Shown: in pieces, positions 21,467-31,214 of the stretch
How the letters are laid out: each line of letters begins with the position of its first letter
Numbering within the stretch: the stretch's first letter is position 1
Source of the DNA: an uncultured delta proteobacterium
Lineage (GTDB): Bacteria; Desulfobacterota; Binatia; Binatales; Binataceae
DNA: 64,000 bases
Direction of reading: 5' to 3'
NCBI GenBank assembly: GCA_963808235.1
Contig: CAWEEQ010000004.1
Span: forward strand, 960,001-1,024,000
Position numbers and translations under genes: made by a program
Notes under the pieces: model-generated
The model's input: the letters and a program-made list of their open reading frames with translations, nothing else
Databases searched by the model: none
What the model was told of the DNA's origin: nothing

Positions 21467-21760
21467 TTAGTACGGAGCCGTGTAGGTCGTAGTACGCTGC
21501 CTTTCCACGACCCCGTTGTCATTGGTGGTAGTAGTCGTGGTCGAGCTCGAAGTCGCCGGCACCGGCACGGTTTGTACTACCGTCGGCGCTGGAACGGTCT
21601 GAACTACTGTCGGCGGCGGAACGGTCTCAACCACCGGTGGCGGAACGTTCTGAACGACCGCAGGCGGCGTGTTTTCGATCGTCTTGTGATAGGAACATCC
21701 AGTGGCGATCCCGCAGGCCAGGATTGCGGCCGGGACTATCGTAAGGCCTTTGTATTTCAT
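21467..21760 (-). CDS. small Pro/Thr-rich lipoprotein (paralog 2)
   Basis: MKYKGLTIV...ATGC lipobox; SYHKT, VVxTVP repeats, VERQRTTT. Confidence 0.7.
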   Translation of the reverse strand: MKYKGLTIVPAAILACGIATGCSYHKTIENTPPAVVQNVPPPVVETVPPPTVVQTVPAPTVVQTVPVPATSSSTTTTTTNDNGVVERQRTTTYTAPY

Positions 21761-22031
21761 GCTTAGCCTCCAAGCGCTGAATTCGTTGTTGATGCGAATC
21801 CAATTCGCGCTTGAAAGACTATTCAGCAAGAATCCGGCCAAAAGATGCCACCCATTTCGCTTGGTTTGATGTGGCTGCCGATGCCGCGCTCAACGCCGCA
21901 TTCGATGCCCCGCCGGTAAAACTTTCTGCGGACAATTCCGCGGTGCGCGCGACCGCGCGAATGAAGAATGCGCCTGCACAGGAGAGGACGCGTCAGTGCA
22001 TGTCGATATAAACTTTTGAAAGAAAGGAAAA

Positions 22032-22613
22032 CTACCGAAGCGGCGGGTAGCAGGGCAATTCTGTCTTCAGTGCGTAAGCGTAGGTTCTTCCTCTCCACAC
22101 GAACTTGCCTTGCGTGCCGCCAAAGACTTCGTTGAGCGTGTCCATCATATGAGTGTAATTTGCGACATCGATTGGCGCATAGGCGAGGAATTGGTCCGAT
22201 CCTTTTGCAAGCGCCGTTTGAAGCGGCGGATCAAAATTGAGCTTCGCGATGCCCGGTTTCGCTGTCCACCCGCCTGCCGGCTGATTCTGCGCGCGCACGA
22301 CCGCCCATCGCGGCTCCGAGTCATTCTCAGTGAGAGTCCATTGGCGGCTCTCGATCGTGCCATCGCTGTTTACCCGTAGTTCTTCAATTCCGGGAGTCGC
22401 GCGTGCGAGCTGGTCGCAATGTGCCTGCAATTCGTCGGTCGGTCCGGTCGCGCCGCTCGGAATCTGCTCGGCGCTCTCGGCTGGCATAGCAGGAGGCGTG
22501 GCGGCCGGCGTCGATTTGTTTCGCCAATTGAAGCATCCCGCGGTCGCCACGATCGCGAATATCACTGCGTAGAAAAGCGGGCCGGACGCCGATCGGATGG
22601 AACCCTTCACGAC
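22032..22613 (-). CDS. hypothetical lipoprotein
   Basis: Hydrophobic segment with TAGC lipobox; start approximate (overlaps upstream stop). Confidence 0.55.
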   Translation of the reverse strand, partial: VVKGSIRSASGPLFYAVIFAIVATAGCFNWRNKSTPAATPPAMPAESAEQIPSGATGPTDELQAHCDQLARATPGIEELRVNSDGTIESRQWTLTENDSEPRWAVVRAQNQPAGGWTAKPGIAKLNFDPPLQTALAKGSDQFLAYAPIDVANYTHMMDTLNEVFGGTQGKFVWRGRTYAYALKTELPCYPPLR

Positions 22614-23284
22614 GCGGGAACCACTCCGCTGGCCACGTACACCATTCCGCCAAGCATTTCCTCCACCTTGAGCTCGGCAACCAAATCCTCCAGATGGCTC
22701 CAGGGGCGGGCAAGGCCTTCGAGCGTGGTCGTCGATCTGAGCGCAGCGCCCCACACCAGGACATTCAGCGGCATCGCCCGAATCGGCGCCCACTTAAGTC
22801 CGGCCGCAACCACTCTTGCGCCCGGCTTGAGATGACGGCGAACATTGGCGAGCGCACCCGGCGTACGCATGATGTCGTGCGTAAAATGAAACAGTGCGGC
22901 GTCCGCCGCTATCGGGATATCGGCATCCTCGACCGACGCCGAAATCAAGGCGACATTCGTCCACCCATTCTCTTTGGCCCGCGCGCGCGCCAGCTCGAGC
23001 ATCTCGGGACTCTGTTCGACTCCGACGATCGAGCCCGCGGGACCGACCGATCGCTCGATCGCGGGGAAACTGAGCCCCGTGCCGCAACCGATATCCACAA
23101 CCCCATCGCCGCTCTTTAGGCGCAGCAGTTCGACCGCGCGCTCGCGCACTGGCTCGAACAACGCCAGCTCGAGGTCGTAAATTCGTGCCCGCGACCGATA
23201 CTGGGAGAGCGCAACGGTGCGGCTGGGCGTGAGGAATCGCGCCAGTCTCTGCAAGGTTTCCGAGCGGTGATCTCGAGCGTCCAA
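22607..23284 (-). CDS. class I SAM-dependent methyltransferase
   Basis: VDIGCGTG motif I, GVEQSPEML. Confidence 0.88.
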   Translation of the reverse strand: MDARDHRSETLQRLARFLTPSRTVALSQYRSRARIYDLELALFEPVRERAVELLRLKSGDGVVDIGCGTGLSFPAIERSVGPAGSIVGVEQSPEMLELARARAKENGWTNVALISASVEDADIPIAADAALFHFTHDIMRTPGALANVRRHLKPGARVVAAGLKWAPIRAMPLNVLVWGAALRSTTTLEGLARPWSHLEDLVAELKVEEMLGGMVYVASGVVPAS

Positions 23285-23489
23285 GGCATTAATTCTTAGC
23301 CGCGCCGTCCGCGGAAGGAAAGCGGGTGGGGCGCGTCCGTTTGAAAAAGAGGGTCGAGAGCCTCGAATTTGGCTTTGCCTTTATGTCGTCTTGATGGTAC
23401 TAACTGTAAGTGTCGAATCCAACCAGTTTGGTTGGGAAACTGTTTTCTTCCCTGACGACAGGCAAAAACTTCACAAGGGGTACGAATCA

Positions 23490-23918
23490 ATGGCACGATC
23501 GAAGGAACGTAATTTTGGCCAGATCATCCGCGAACGCAGGCGGCAACTCGACCTCACCCAGGAGGAAGTTGCTCACCGCATCAAAACTTCGACGCCCTAC
23601 GTCGGGCACCTCGAATCGGCCAAGCGCCATCCCTCGGACAAAATCCTGACGCGGCTGGCAGAAGTGCTCGGTCTTGATCGTCGCGAACTTTTCTTTCTCG
23701 CCAATCCCCGCGCCCAAGCGTTGCTCAGTGATGAGACGGCGTCCACGGCCGATTCGGCATGGGAAGATTTCCGGAAGAACGAACAGTTGCGGCGCGTCCA
23801 CAGCATCTCGAACGAAGAGATGGAGATGCTCTCGCGAGTGGCGCTGCTCGGCGAGGTACGCTCGGCGCGCGACTTCATTTACATACTCAATACGGTCCGT
23901 CACGCAGTCGGCAGGTAA
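23490..23918 (+). CDS. XRE-family HTH transcriptional regulator
   Basis: IRERRRQLDLTQEEVA...YVGHLESAKRHPS...LAEVLG. Confidence 0.9.
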   Translation: MARSKERNFGQIIRERRRQLDLTQEEVAHRIKTSTPYVGHLESAKRHPSDKILTRLAEVLGLDRRELFFLANPRAQALLSDETASTADSAWEDFRKNEQLRRVHSISNEEMEMLSRVALLGEVRSARDFIYILNTVRHAVGR

Positions 23919-24037
23919 CCTTACGCCTCGCAGGGGCGTCGGCTTCGTCCCAATCGGGATTCGACAGCGCCGGAGTGCCAACTCCGGCGTTTCCTTATTT
24001 TTCGGCAGGAACGATGCCGGTTCAGAACGACACCGGT

Positions 24038-25198
24038 CTAGATCGTTTTCCGAAACGCGTCCGCCGGCGTTACCCGCATTGCGCCGAGCACCGGCAGCGC
24101 GGCGCTCAGGATGCTGATGAAGACCGCGGCGACCAGGGCCTCGACCGCGGCGCTGTAAGTAACGGTCAGGTAGCCCGCGCTTTCAAGCACCGATTTCAGC
24201 GTGGTCCCGCTGCCGAATTGCCATAGCGCCAGAACGCATCCGAGCGTTCCGCCCGCGGCTCCGATCAGCGCGCATTCGCCGAACAGCAGACGCGCGATAT
24301 ACAGCGGATTGAATCCGAGCGCGCGCAGCACCGCCACGTCGCGCAACCGTTCGCGAACCATCATCGACATCGAGTTCGCCGCGATCAGCAAAATCGTGAG
24401 CGCGATCGCCACCGAGACGCCATCCACGATGCTGCGGATGTCGCCGACGCTGGACATGAGTCCGGAGACCGCTTCGCTTTCGGTCATCGTCGCGGTCTCG
24501 AAGTCCGAGTTGTGGAAGGTCCGGTCGATTTCGCGAATCACCGACGGAACCCGCTCCGGAGACTCGATTCGGCTGACCAGGAATCCGGCGGGATGCTTCT
24601 CTTCGGGAATTCCGATCGCTTTTTCCGCTTCGACCAGGTAGTCGCGCCGGAACATGAAAAAATTGGGGTAGTTGCTCGACGGGATCTCGCCGGCAAGCAC
24701 AAAGCGAATCTTGAGCCGATTGGAATCGCCGCGAAGCGTGATCACGTCGCCGATTTTCCATCCATGGTTCCGCATCAGCAGCCTGCCCACGATCGCCGCG
24801 GTCCGATCATGCGAGAACTTCTCCAACACCGACGCCGGCAGATCGTAGTCGGGATACAGGACGGCGACTTTGTCCGCATCGAGTGCGAAGGCCTGGATCG
24901 TTTCGCCCTCGCGCTGGTAGGTGGCTCGCAGCACGACCATCGGCATGCATCCGACCACGCCGGGAATTTCCTCGATCCCCCTGCAATCGCGCGCCGGCAA
25001 GCCGAGGTAGCGGCCGTCCGCATTGTACGAGTAGACCCGCAAAGTCTGCGCGGTCTTCTCGAGAATCATGTCGATCGATGAGGGTATCGCCGCCAACACG
25101 GTGAAGATGAACGTCGCGACTGCGAACGTGAGCATGGTCAGAACCGCGCGCCTCGGTTCCCGGATGAGATTGCGCAACACGAGCCGGAGCGCCTGCAT
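24038..25198 (-). CDS. ABC transporter permease (MacB/FtsX family)
   Basis: N-terminal TM, periplasmic domain, ANSMSMMVRERLRDVAVLRALGF. Confidence 0.9.
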   Translation of the reverse strand: MQALRLVLRNLIREPRRAVLTMLTFAVATFIFTVLAAIPSSIDMILEKTAQTLRVYSYNADGRYLGLPARDCRGIEEIPGVVGCMPMVVLRATYQREGETIQAFALDADKVAVLYPDYDLPASVLEKFSHDRTAAIVGRLLMRNHGWKIGDVITLRGDSNRLKIRFVLAGEIPSSNYPNFFMFRRDYLVEAEKAIGIPEEKHPAGFLVSRIESPERVPSVIREIDRTFHNSDFETATMTESEAVSGLMSSVGDIRSIVDGVSVAIALTILLIAANSMSMMVRERLRDVAVLRALGFNPLYIARLLFGECALIGAAGGTLGCVLALWQFGSGTTLKSVLESAGYLTVTYSAAVEALVAAVFISILSAALPVLGAMRVTPADAFRKTI

Positions 25199-25203
25199 TC
25201 CTC

Positions 25204-26373
25204 TCACGCCTCGCGCAGCGACTCTACTATCGGCAGACGAGACGCTCGCCAGGCAGGCGGCACGCCGCCGGCGACTCCGATCAAAATTGCCGCGAGAATT
25301 CCCCCTCCCAGCGCGCTGAGGGTGAACGCCGACGAAAAAACCAGCGCCCCCACACTCATCAGATGATGGTTGAGGCCGCTCCCGATGCTGAGCACCATCG
25401 CGAGCACATCGCCAATCGCGCCGCCCACCGCTCCCAGGATGACGCTCTCCGCCAGAAAACTTGTCAGCACCGCGCCCTTGCCGAAGCCCAGCGTTCTCAG
25501 CACCCCGACTTCGCGAGTGCGCCGCGCCACTGCCGCGTACATCGTGTTCATGCCGCCGAATGCGGCGCCGGTCCCCACTATGATGCCCACCAGCAGGACC
25601 ATCGCGCGCAGCCGATCCGCCACCTTCGCCTGCTCCGCGAAGAACTGCCGCTCGCTCATCGCATCGACGGTCAGCCGCGAATCATTGCTGAGCGCGCTTA
25701 GAAAGCTGTCCGCAGTCCCCGGCTTCAGCACCACGTGAAATGACGAGAACCCATTCTCGAACCTGGCGTCCTGCTGGATCACGTCGAGGTCGGCCCAGAA
25801 TTCCGATTCAAGCGCGCTGCCTCGATCGGCGAAGATTCCTACCACCGTCCAGTTCCGCCGTCCGTACTTGAACGTCGAGCCCACCGAAAGCTCCGGGAAA
25901 CGCGCCGCCTGCTTTCGTCCGATCGCCATTTCCTCCCGGCCGGGATCTGGCCATCGTCCCGCGACCAGCTTGAGGCCGCGATGCATCTCGTATGCGACCG
26001 GAGTGACTCCGCGCAGCGACGCCGGCTGAAAGTGGTTCGCCGCCCGCTTGATTCCGGCATTGAACGGTACCACCATCTCCGGCGAGAACAGCGCTTTTCC
26101 TGAAGCGTCAGTCGCGATCTCGGGCCGGGTGCGAAGGATATCGGACTCCTCGCGCGGGATGTAACTCTCGCCCTCGGAAACCGTGCCGCGGCTCAGGATG
26201 ATCCAGTTGCCCGCCTCCCCCGCGAGTTCCAGGCTCGCGCGCATCCCGCTGACGAAGCTCAGCAGGATCACCACGACCATCACCACCAGCGCCACTCCCA
26301 GCGCGGTCATGAGCGAGGTGGTCCGCCGCACCATCAGGCTGCGCAAATTGTAGGTTATCGGAATAGCGGCCAT
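25204..26373 (-). CDS. ABC transporter permease (MacB/FtsX family)
   Basis: YNLRSLMVRR, MNTMYAAVARRTREVGVLRTLGF. Confidence 0.9.
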   Translation of the reverse strand: MAAIPITYNLRSLMVRRTTSLMTALGVALVVMVVVILLSFVSGMRASLELAGEAGNWIILSRGTVSEGESYIPREESDILRTRPEIATDASGKALFSPEMVVPFNAGIKRAANHFQPASLRGVTPVAYEMHRGLKLVAGRWPDPGREEMAIGRKQAARFPELSVGSTFKYGRRNWTVVGIFADRGSALESEFWADLDVIQQDARFENGFSSFHVVLKPGTADSFLSALSNDSRLTVDAMSERQFFAEQAKVADRLRAMVLLVGIIVGTGAAFGGMNTMYAAVARRTREVGVLRTLGFGKGAVLTSFLAESVILGAVGGAIGDVLAMVLSIGSGLNHHLMSVGALVFSSAFTLSALGGGILAAILIGVAGGVPPAWRASRLPIVESLREA

Positions 26374-27402
26374 TCCAGCTCCCGAATCGCAAACCGTTTG
26401 CCGAACCGTCGCTCAATAGTCGCCTCTTGCGATTTGCCCGCGACGCTCTCTTGCATCACTCCCCAGTACGATTCCGTCCAATGAGCCGCCTCGCTGAATC
26501 CCGGCTTTGAGAGCAGCAGCGCGTGCAACTTCGGCAGCCGATAAAACGGCACGCTCGGAAAGAAGTGATGTTCGAGATGGTAGTTCACGTTTTTCGGAGC
26601 CAGAAAAATCTTCTCGAGCAACGCCGCATGTGTGGAGCGGGTCTGCGCGTATACGCCGTCGCCTTTTTCGATCGCGGAATGCTCGGCGATACTTCGCACT
26701 CGCATGATCATAACCAGCCATGTGAATAGCGGAATCAACCAGTAGATAGCAAAGCCTTTGAGCGCGCCCCAGGTAAATAATGAGTGTCGAGCGAGCGGCG
26801 TAAAAGCCATAGCGCGCAAGCAGGAACGTCGTGTTCACAGTGTCACGCGGCCAACCATCGGTCGCCGCCACCTTGATCAGAGCGAACGCGTTCAGACCCG
26901 ATACGTCGCGAAACAGCAGCCGCCCGAGATCGCTGGCGGGTTTCGGAAAAATCCACGCTGGATCGTTCTGCTTGCGCTTCCAGTCCGGATCTTTTTCGCT
27001 GTTCAAATATCGATGATGTGCGATGTGATTCTTGCGGTACGGTCCCGCCGCGACCAGATGCGGCCACGCGAGCACCACTTCGGACACGAAGTCGTTGAGC
27101 CGGCGGTTGCGGAACAGCCGGTAGTGGACGCCGTCGTGCATCAAAATCAACAGCGCATGCTGACGCGCGCCGATAATCGCGACCGCCAGGATGTAGAGCA
27201 GGGGGCTCCAGTACCGCTCGCACAAGTAGATCGTCGCGACGATCGCTCCCCACTCGGCCGCGATATGTAGCCAGCTGAGGAATGGGTTGAGCTTCGAAAG
27301 CTCGGTCAGTTCTTCTTTGGTCAGCTTGACCGGTATGTTGCCCGAGAAATCGCCGATCGAATTGATTCCCGTCGGCGCCGCTGCTTCAGATCTGGGATTC
27401 AT
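26355..27402 (-). CDS. membrane fatty acid desaturase (frameshift near 26780)
   Basis: His boxes HDGVH, HIAHH and, in the second frame, AEH and NYHLEHHFFPSVPFYRLP. Confidence 0.88.
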
Positions 27403-27518
27403 GTTCTTCCTCGTAGATTTGCGGCTTCAGAAAATCCGAAGTCCGCAAGCCGAAGCCAGTTAACAGTCAACAATTGAGTTCCTCGAGAATTTGCGCGAGT
27501 TCTCGCAATGCCTTCGCC

Positions 27519-28238
27519 TCAGAGCTGCATCGCCATGCTGGCGTGCGCGCCGCTTGCGCCCGGAGCCGGCGGCGGAACGAAAAAACCGTCGCGCGCTGTA
27601 ACTCGAAGTCCGGTTTCAGGTTTTCGCCCCAGGAAATTGCTGAAGCGAAGAACTCGATTGCCGTCGCGAGTCTCCGTCACCAGGCTCGCGAATGCCTGCG
27701 TAAGTTTGTTGAGAGCGTCCCCTTCCATGATCATCGGTTGCGCCCAAATCGGCTGCCCCGAGAGCGTTTCGAGAAACGGATACTCCAGCGGCTCACCGAC
27801 ATTGACGAAGCCCACGCCGCGATAGAACGGAGTCCCGTCGACCGGCTTGACGCTCAAATAAGCAAGCAGCGCGCGCGCATCGAGCAGGCCCGCGAGAATC
27901 GCCGCGCCTGCGCGCGCCAGCGTCCCCGCCCCGAACGAGCATGACCACAGGTCGCTGACTTCAAGCACCGATCGCGCCGGAAGATGCGACAGGTCGGGCT
28001 TCGAGCAGGTTTGCGGAAACATTTCCAGATCGTGCATCACCATGCCGGCGATCATCTGCTCGGCTGGATCATCGTCATGTTTGAAAAGTGCGTAGAGATT
28101 CCCGAAGGTGAGCTGTATCTCGCCCAGTCGCGAGCGCGGCCGTTCCCTGAAACCGCCCCCATGCCTGGCGCGAATCTGTTCGACCCGATCGGCAAAAATT
28201 TTTCGGTCTTTATCTTTGGATAGTAATCGCAGTTCCAT
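27519..28238 (-). CDS. hypothetical protein, possible GNAT-fold acyl-transferase/synthase
   Basis: Good RBS (GGGAGG); VLEVSDLWS...GAGTLAR and FYRGVGF segments resemble GNAT motifs A/B; family assignment is inference. Confidence 0.55.
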   Translation of the reverse strand: MELRLLSKDKDRKIFADRVEQIRARHGGGFRERPRSRLGEIQLTFGNLYALFKHDDDPAEQMIAGMVMHDLEMFPQTCSKPDLSHLPARSVLEVSDLWSCSFGAGTLARAGAAILAGLLDARALLAYLSVKPVDGTPFYRGVGFVNVGEPLEYPFLETLSGQPIWAQPMIMEGDALNKLTQAFASLVTETRDGNRVLRFSNFLGRKPETGLRVTARDGFFVPPPAPGASGAHASMAMQL

Positions 28239-28605
28239 CGAGTGAGATCCTCCCCAAGTTGGCTGAATGTATAAGCCGCGATCGAAGTTCACTGTTGGAG
28301 CGTCCGCAGTGAATACTGGGAGGAGCACGCGGCGCACCGCGCGGAATGGACGGCGACCCAAGGCCGGTGGCCTTGGCGCCAAAACACTGTGAATGTGTGG
28401 ACAACCCGTCAGCAAGATACAGCAAGTGCACGAGAAATGCGCCCACAAACAGTACAGTTATGTTACTGCCAGGCGTAAAATATTCTCGAAGACGTAATAA
28501 TATTCGCCTCACGATACGCCCGGCTGACGTATTGCCTGTTTTGCAACAATACTGTACTTTTGGTTATAGTGACTTATGAGTCGCTGAAGGGGTTCGCAAC
28601 CGTTC

Positions 28606-29412
28606 ATGCCTATCGGCAGCCGCATCTCGAATATCGACAGCCTGGCGAGTGACGTTCTCGCTACCGTCACTCAGAGCCGCCGCCCCCGGACGCCCGCCCT
28701 GGCGGCCGCGCGAGACGAGATCACCCGGCTCGAGCACCGTGAATACGGCCGCTCGCTGCGTGGCCGTTTCGCTCGTTCCGAGGTCCTCGAGGTCGTTCGC
28801 GAGGCGCGCGCCAAGGCCTGGCCGGACCTCAACCGGCAGCCGGTCCGGCTCGGCTCGATGAAGGAATTTGCCGATCGTGCCTCGAGTCTGGGCGCCGATT
28901 TCCAGATTGCCAAGATGGCGTGGCCGTCCGGGCTCGCCCTGTTCGGCTTCTATTTGGGCCGTGGCACTGGATCGCAAAAGCGTCCCCTCATCTGCGTCAA
29001 TGCCGCCCATCATCGCGCCGCGGTCGGTATGGCTTTTGCTCACGAGGTCGGCCACCACGTCACCGCCAGCCTGTTCGCGATGCGCTCGCAGCCGCCCCTG
29101 CCTTCGCTCTATACCGGTTACGAGTCGCATTTCGACGATCCGCTCGAGCTGGCCGCCGACATTGCCGTCAGCCTGGGGATGTACCCGCGGAATATTGCCC
29201 GGAAGTTGTTCCGTGAGAGCGAGCGGGAGGTGATTCTGACCGCCGAACAGCCTAAAAAATCAGCCACCCGCGCGACCGCCCTGGGCTATGTCCGGCACCG
29301 TTATGGACTCGATCTCGCGAGTCTACCCACTCAGAAACAGATTCAGTATCAGGCCGCCTTGATCCATTTCACCAAGCTGCGCCAGGCTCTGCTTCAGCAA
29401 TACGACATCTGA
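28606..29412 (+). CDS. ImmA/IrrE-like zinc metallopeptidase
   Basis: ICVNAAHH...AFAHEVGHH (HExxH) followed by LELAADIAVSLGMYP. Confidence 0.7.
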   Translation: MPIGSRISNIDSLASDVLATVTQSRRPRTPALAAARDEITRLEHREYGRSLRGRFARSEVLEVVREARAKAWPDLNRQPVRLGSMKEFADRASSLGADFQIAKMAWPSGLALFGFYLGRGTGSQKRPLICVNAAHHRAAVGMAFAHEVGHHVTASLFAMRSQPPLPSLYTGYESHFDDPLELAADIAVSLGMYPRNIARKLFRESEREVILTAEQPKKSATRATALGYVRHRYGLDLASLPTQKQIQYQAALIHFTKLRQALLQQYDI

Positions 29413-29418
29413 AATCTT

Positions 29419-29763
29419 TCAGGTTCGCAATCGCGACGTCAGTCCGAGCGCCGCGCGCAGCTTGGGCTTGAGCAGATGCACCAGCTTCGCCTCGAAGCAC
29501 ACGTAGTTGTCGGGAACGTCGAGCACCACGACTTTCCTGGCATGCGAATCGCCGAAGCGCTCGTGGATGAAGCGTCGATGCGCGTCTTCCATCACGCAAA
29601 TCACGTCCGCCTCTTCGACCAGCTCCAGGCTGACCTGGTTCTTCGCCCACGACTCCGTGCCGGCCGAGGTCACCCACATCGGCGCGCACATCTCCGCCAG
29701 CAGCATCGCGGCGGTCGGACTGCGATCCAGGTTGCCCGTGCAGACCATCAAAACTTTCTTCAT
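29419..29763 (-). CDS. low-molecular-weight protein-tyrosine phosphatase-like protein
   Basis: VCTGNLDRSPTA (CX5R), SAGT, LDVPD. Confidence 0.85.
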   Translation of the reverse strand: MKKVLMVCTGNLDRSPTAAMLLAEMCAPMWVTSAGTESWAKNQVSLELVEEADVICVMEDAHRRFIHERFGDSHARKVVVLDVPDNYVCFEAKLVHLLKPKLRAALGLTSRLRT

Positions 29764-29785
29764 CTCGATTTTTCTTTTGTGCCGG

Positions 29786-31214
29786 CTAGAGCATCGGCGC
29801 GATCATTCTGCCGAACAGTTCCTCGCTCCGTTCCACCGGCCCCCTGGCTTCCCATTGTTGCGGATCGATCCGGCTCCGATCGCTCGATATCGCTGTTGAA
29901 CATCAATTCCATCTGCTGCGCAAATCCATACCCCAGGATTACCGCGTTGATTTCGTAGTTGCGCACGATACTCCACCAGTCCAGGTTCGCCGATCCCACC
30001 GTCGACCACACGCTGTCTATCGTCGCCGTCTTCGCGTGTATCATCTTCCCCTGCCATTCATATATTTGAACGCCCGCGCCGAGCAATTCTGAATACTCGG
30101 ATCGGGTCGCAAGCATCATCACCGGTTCGTCATTTCGTCCCGGCACCAGCAAACGCACATCGACTCCGCGCCCCGCCGCCGTCTCCAACGCCTCGACCAT
30201 TTCGCGTCCCGGCGCGAAGTAAGGATCGGTGATGTATATCTTGGTCTCCGCGTTGTTGATCGCCGAGATCAGAGTCACGTAGATCAAGCTGTTTTCCTTC
30301 GGAACGCTGCCGATCACGCGAACGATGTCGTTGCCCTGCTTTTCGAGCGGCGGAAAATAGTTTCTGCCCGCGAGCGGCGGCCCATTCTGACGAAGCCAGA
30401 TGTCTACAAATAGACGTTGAAATTCCGCCACCGCCGGCCCTTCGACTTCAAGATCGGTGTCGCGCCACGATTGCAATTCGTTCGCCGCATATTTGCGTTG
30501 CCTGCGGCTCCCGCTCGTGTAGACACCCGAAATATTGATCCCGCCGGTAAACGCAACCTTCCCGTCGACGATCAGCAATTTGCGGTGATCGCGTTCATCC
30601 GGCGACCAGCGAACTCCTGCCGCCAGCGGATTGACCGGGTTGAACTCGAGCACCTGGATCCCGCTCTCCTTCATGTCCTGGAAAAATTTCCGCGGCGTCT
30701 GCCGCGATCCGAAGCTGTCGTAAATCAGGTTCACCTGGACCCCGGCGCGCTCCTTCGCGACCAGTGCGTCCGCGAATTTCTGTCCGATCGGCTTATCTTC
30801 GAAGATATATACTTCAACGTTGATACTGTCCTTCGCACCGGCGATCGCATCGAACATCGCCCGGTACGTGTCGGGCCCATCCTGCAGCAAGGTCGCTTTG
30901 TTCCCAAGCGATAGCGGAATCCCGCTGATCGCCTGTTCGAACGCCAGGTGCCGGGTAAGGACGTCGGTCTTGCCCGCGCGACGCTCGAGCGCGGCAACTA
31001 TCGCCTTCCCGTCGCTGGTCGAGATCGGACGTCCCTTGGTGTCGACGAATTTCGGCTGGCGATAAAAAAATCGGGAGCTGGTTAATGCTGTCGCATTGGG
31101 TAGGGAGCCACAGCCGGAGATCCAGATCGCGCCTACAAGAAGGAATAGGAGTCGCAATGTCGGCCATGCCTGACGCGCCGACCCCTGCGGCCGCGTCAGA
31201 CCACTTACCTGCAA
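29786..31214 (-). CDS. cls: cardiolipin synthase (PLD family; frameshift near 29872)
   Basis: Two HKD motifs DHRKLLIVD and IHAKTATID; natural end ...FGRMIAPML* (TAG at 29786) in shifted frame. Confidence 0.88.
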
